Source of the DNA: a virus
Lineage: Duplodnaviria > Heunggongvirae > Uroviricota > Caudoviricetes
Reading direction: 5' to 3' (one strand)
IMG/VR virus record: IMGVR_UViG_650377933_000001
Span: 1 to 40,323 of that record
Length of the DNA: 40,323 nt
The first letter of the stretch is position 1. The number at the start of each line of letters is the position of its first letter. The translations under genes were made by a program, and so were the position numbers. The notes under the pieces are model-generated. The model was not told the origin of the DNA. It worked only from the letters and a program-made list of their open reading frames with translations, and made no database searches. This document shows, piece by piece, positions 37,393-40,323 of this stretch.

Positions 37393-39795
37393 ATGACAGA
37401 TTCAATAAATGCCAATGTTGTAGTGAGTATGCCTTCGCAACTCTTCACTATGGCGCGTTCTTTTAAAGCGGTTGCCAATGGCAAAATTTATATCGGTAAA
37501 ATTGACACTGACCCGGTAAATCCAGAAAACCAGATTCAGGTTTATGTAGAGAATGAAGATGGCTCTCACGTTCCTGTTGCACAGCCAATCATCATTAACG
37601 CTGGCGGGTATCCGGTATATAACGGACAGATTGCCAAATTCGTAACTGTACAGGGCCATTCTATGGCTGTTTATGATGCGTATGGTGCGCAGCAGTTCTA
37701 TTTTCCTAATGTGCTGAAGTATGACCCTGATCAGTTACGGCAGCAATTAGAAGACCCGGATGGTTCTAAAAAATATCCAGAATTGCAGATTGCACGATGG
37801 CGTGATGACAAAGACGTTCGCGGTTGGGGGGCTATCAGTGATGGAATAACTGACGCTACTGAGGCATTCTCTAACGCAGGCTATAGAATGTTTGTTCCTG
37901 ATGGCGATTTTGCAGTAAATACTCTCGAAGTTGATGTATCTTCTGCTCGAGGTATTGGGAGGATTGTTGCAGATAATGGCTCTCTTATTTCAGTTTCTCG
38001 TCTGCTTGAAACTGACAAACTTGCGCAGAGAAAAATGATGGAACCTTTTTTTGGTTTTCAGGGAGAAACAAACACAGAAATTTACCCTAATGCCAGAAAT
38101 GCGTTACAGGGGATCGCATATTGCCGTGTTAATGGCATTGAAAAACTATTTGTCACACAACGGCCTGTTGGGCCGACCTGGTCAGATAAAGAAAGAGTTC
38201 GTATTGTTGAGTTTAATCTTTATGATGATGGAAGGGTAGTAAACCATGTTGCGTATTCTCCAGAATTAAACCTTGGGCACGGTTTTGATCTTTCTGCCAT
38301 GGTGGAGAATGGTCAAGTATATTTATATACATCAAGTGTAACCAATTCAGGTGAAGATGGGGAGTCTGCAGGCAAAGGGTTTAGTAAAATAACTTGGCGA
38401 GGGGCAGGAACAACTCAGTCTGACGTAAAAAGTTATAATGTATGGGGGATTACTGGTAGCGGTCACCCATTTCAAGATTACAATCGTGCAGGAATTGCCA
38501 TTTCTTCTGACGGTCGTCTTTTAATAATGGTTAATACACCAAAGAGTGATGCCGCTAAACGAACTGTATTTATATACGATAAAATATCAATTGATAAACT
38601 TGAAGATAAAACATTAGCAAACCCCATGTTTGTTTGGGAAATGAGCGACTCACCTTCTGAAGGCGCTTACTCTGTACAAGGTATTGCGTCTGATGGAAGA
38701 TATATACATATACTTAAGGGAGGGGCTAACGCTTTTGGAAAGCATCATATCTTTACATATGATTTAACAGGTAATTTACTAAGAAAATTAGATATCGATG
38801 ATGCAAGGTCGCAATATGGGCGCGATGGGTTGCTTAACCATCCAACTCTTGGGAATCCAGCCAGATTTGAGCCGGAAGGTCTAACTATTCGTGGTGAAGA
38901 AATAATTATAAGCTGCATAGAAACATGGAGGGCAGGAGCTAATATTGTAAACTGGCGTGGAAGAAGATGGGCTGCATCATCCATTGAGACTTCTGGAATA
39001 ATTGGTGTCCCTCCATCAAATGGCTCTTATTGGGTAGAAACAACCAAGGATGCAAATTCTGGAGATTGGAGTCCTGAAATAGATTATGGATGGGGAAGTA
39101 GCTATTCTCTTGAGAAAAAGACAATTTACTCTATACGACCAGCGACTGGTAACAACGATGATCAGAACCTTAATTCTGGCATAACCAATGCTTCAAGTAA
39201 TGCAGGTGTAGATGCCGGAGAAAGCGGGCGAAATATATCATTTAGATGGCGCAATGCTTTTAATATTGTTGCATTTAGCGAACGTCTTGGTGAATACTTC
39301 AACGCTATTATGTATGATAATAGCTCAAGACTAAGAATATACGATCAGCAAAACGGTAGTGATAACACTGTTTATGGCTCAATCCAGGCACTATTTACGT
39401 CATCATTTAAGGGATTGATTTTAAGGGGTAGGGGGGTATCAGCATCAAATAGTTCCTATATTAGGTTACATTCATCTGATGATCCAAACTACCCAAATTC
39501 GATCATTGAAGGAACAAGAACAGATGGAAGTTTTTCCAGGGAAACAGATTCAAACGGAACCACTACATTCGCATCGGACTCAGAGCACGAACCGTTGCGT
39601 ATCAGAAGGGCTTCAGATGGTTTGTTGTTTGCATACGAGAAAGTAAGAGGTACAACTCTCTTTGGAATTTATAGAGGCTCCGGTTCACCTGAGGGTGTTG
39701 TGACCGCACCTCAGGGGTCAATGTATATTGATTATAATGGTGATTGGTATCAAAAGAAAACAGGAACAGGAAACACAGGATGGGTGTTAAAATAG
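37393..39795 (+). CDS. Tailspike protein: P22 gp9-like N-terminal head-binding domain fused to a divergent receptor-binding domain (800 aa)
   Basis: From [60 protein letters not shown]... the first ~115 aa match recalled P22 gp9; the remainder does not resemble the P22 endorhamnosidase as I recall it. Confidence 0.8.
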   Translation: MTDSINANVVVSMPSQLFTMARSFKAVANGKIYIGKIDTDPVNPENQIQVYVENEDGSHVPVAQPIIINAGGYPVYNGQIAKFVTVQGHSMAVYDAYGAQQFYFPNVLKYDPDQLRQQLEDPDGSKKYPELQIARWRDDKDVRGWGAISDGITDATEAFSNAGYRMFVPDGDFAVNTLEVDVSSARGIGRIVADNGSLISVSRLLETDKLAQRKMMEPFFGFQGETNTEIYPNARNALQGIAYCRVNGIEKLFVTQRPVGPTWSDKERVRIVEFNLYDDGRVVNHVAYSPELNLGHGFDLSAMVENGQVYLYTSSVTNSGEDGESAGKGFSKITWRGAGTTQSDVKSYNVWGITGSGHPFQDYNRAGIAISSDGRLLIMVNTPKSDAAKRTVFIYDKISIDKLEDKTLANPMFVWEMSDSPSEGAYSVQGIASDGRYIHILKGGANAFGKHHIFTYDLTGNLLRKLDIDDARSQYGRDGLLNHPTLGNPARFEPEGLTIRGEEIIISCIETWRAGANIVNWRGRRWAASSIETSGIIGVPPSNGSYWVETTKDANSGDWSPEIDYGWGSSYSLEKKTIYSIRPATGNNDDQNLNSGITNASSNAGVDAGESGRNISFRWRNAFNIVAFSERLGEYFNAIMYDNSSRLRIYDQQNGSDNTVYGSIQALFTSSFKGLILRGRGVSASNSSYIRLHSSDDPNYPNSIIEGTRTDGSFSRETDSNGTTTFASDSEHEPLRIRRASDGLLFAYEKVRGTTLFGIYRGSGSPEGVVTAPQGSMYIDYNGDWYQKKTGTGNTGWVLK

Positions 39796-39824
39796 ACTAT
39801 TCTATTTTAATTGTTATCACTAAA

Positions 39825-39850
39825 CCACCTCCATTGGAGGTGGTATTTTA
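39825..39850 (+). terminator. Rho-independent terminator after the tailspike gene
   Basis: CCACCTCC-ATTG-GAGGTGG followed by TATTTTATT. Confidence 0.55.
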
Positions 39851-40035
39851 TTGTTTATATTTAAGATAACTAAGTGATTAGTAATAGAATATTATATCTT
39901 TATATCTATAGATTTTTATCACACTTACTCAGTTCATTTGTCATGTCAATAAGTTTATTTAAAAAGTTGATTAAGTTGAGTAATGGTTAAAGTTTTTATA
40001 CGTTTCCATAGGCCATATTTGACAAAGGAGTAGTA

Positions 40036-40323
40036 ATGGATATAACAGCTTTTCTTCACGCACTTTGCGCTGTTGTCGCACAGGCTCTGGTTGGTCTTTT
40101 TACCGGAAACTGGGCTTACGGTGCGATAGCAGGTTGTACGTTCTTCATTGCGCGTGAACACACCCAGGCAGAATATCGCTGGATAGAAAAGTTTGGGAAA
40201 GGGAAACGTATCAACATGCCATGGTGTGGAGGTTTTGATCCACGCGTGTGGGATGTGGGAAGTCTGTTGGATTTTTCTTTCCCAATTATCGGATGCTTAT
40301 TGGTATGGATTCTTGCATCGTAG
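40036..40323 (+). CDS. Hypothetical small membrane protein (95 aa), moron-like gene at the prophage end
   Basis: AAGGAG RBS 5 nt upstream of ATG; two to three hydrophobic segments; preceded by ~185 bp of very AT-rich DNA; stop codon is the last triplet of the window. Confidence 0.4.
   Translation: MDITAFLHALCAVVAQALVGLFTGNWAYGAIAGCTFFIAREHTQAEYRWIEKFGKGKRINMPWCGGFDPRVWDVGSLLDFSFPIIGCLLVWILAS

Overview
The window is most of a mosaic lambdoid (P22-like) prophage of an enterobacterial host, read from the integrase end (attL lies outside the window, before coordinate 1) to just past the tailspike gene. Annotation rests on reading the supplied ORF translations and the nucleotide sequence by eye, plus recalled knowledge of lambda/P22 proteins and regulatory sites; no database search, alignment or statistic was computed. 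Minus-strand early-left operon: int, xis, a chain of translationally coupled accessory ('ea') genes, abc2, ssb, erf, kil, cIII, two uncharacterised pL-operon genes, and N, with a sieB-like gene antisense. The immunity region is P22-type (c2 repressor, cro, P22-type operators) with matching nutL and nutR sites. Plus-strand early-right and late genes follow: cII, an O-like initiator containing an iteron origin, DnaB-type helicase, the nin region (ninB, ninE, ninF, a Rha/antirepressor-like gene, DUF1364, rusA, ninH), lambda-type Q with pR'/tR', and S/R/Rz/Rz1 lysis genes. Then come P22-type small and large terminase, portal, scaffold, coat, gp4, gp10, gp26, gp14, ejection proteins gp7/gp20/gp16, an immI-like mnt/arc/ant cluster, and a tailspike. 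The best candidates for undescribed biology are accessory genes in known moron slots: the two unknown genes between cIII and N, the lipoprotein and small ORFs beside mnt, an (EP)n-repeat protein between coat and gp4, an HNH endonuclease beside a chimeric tailspike, and an AT-rich module after the tailspike. None can be assigned a function from sequence alone. No rRNA, tRNA or CRISPR array was seen.
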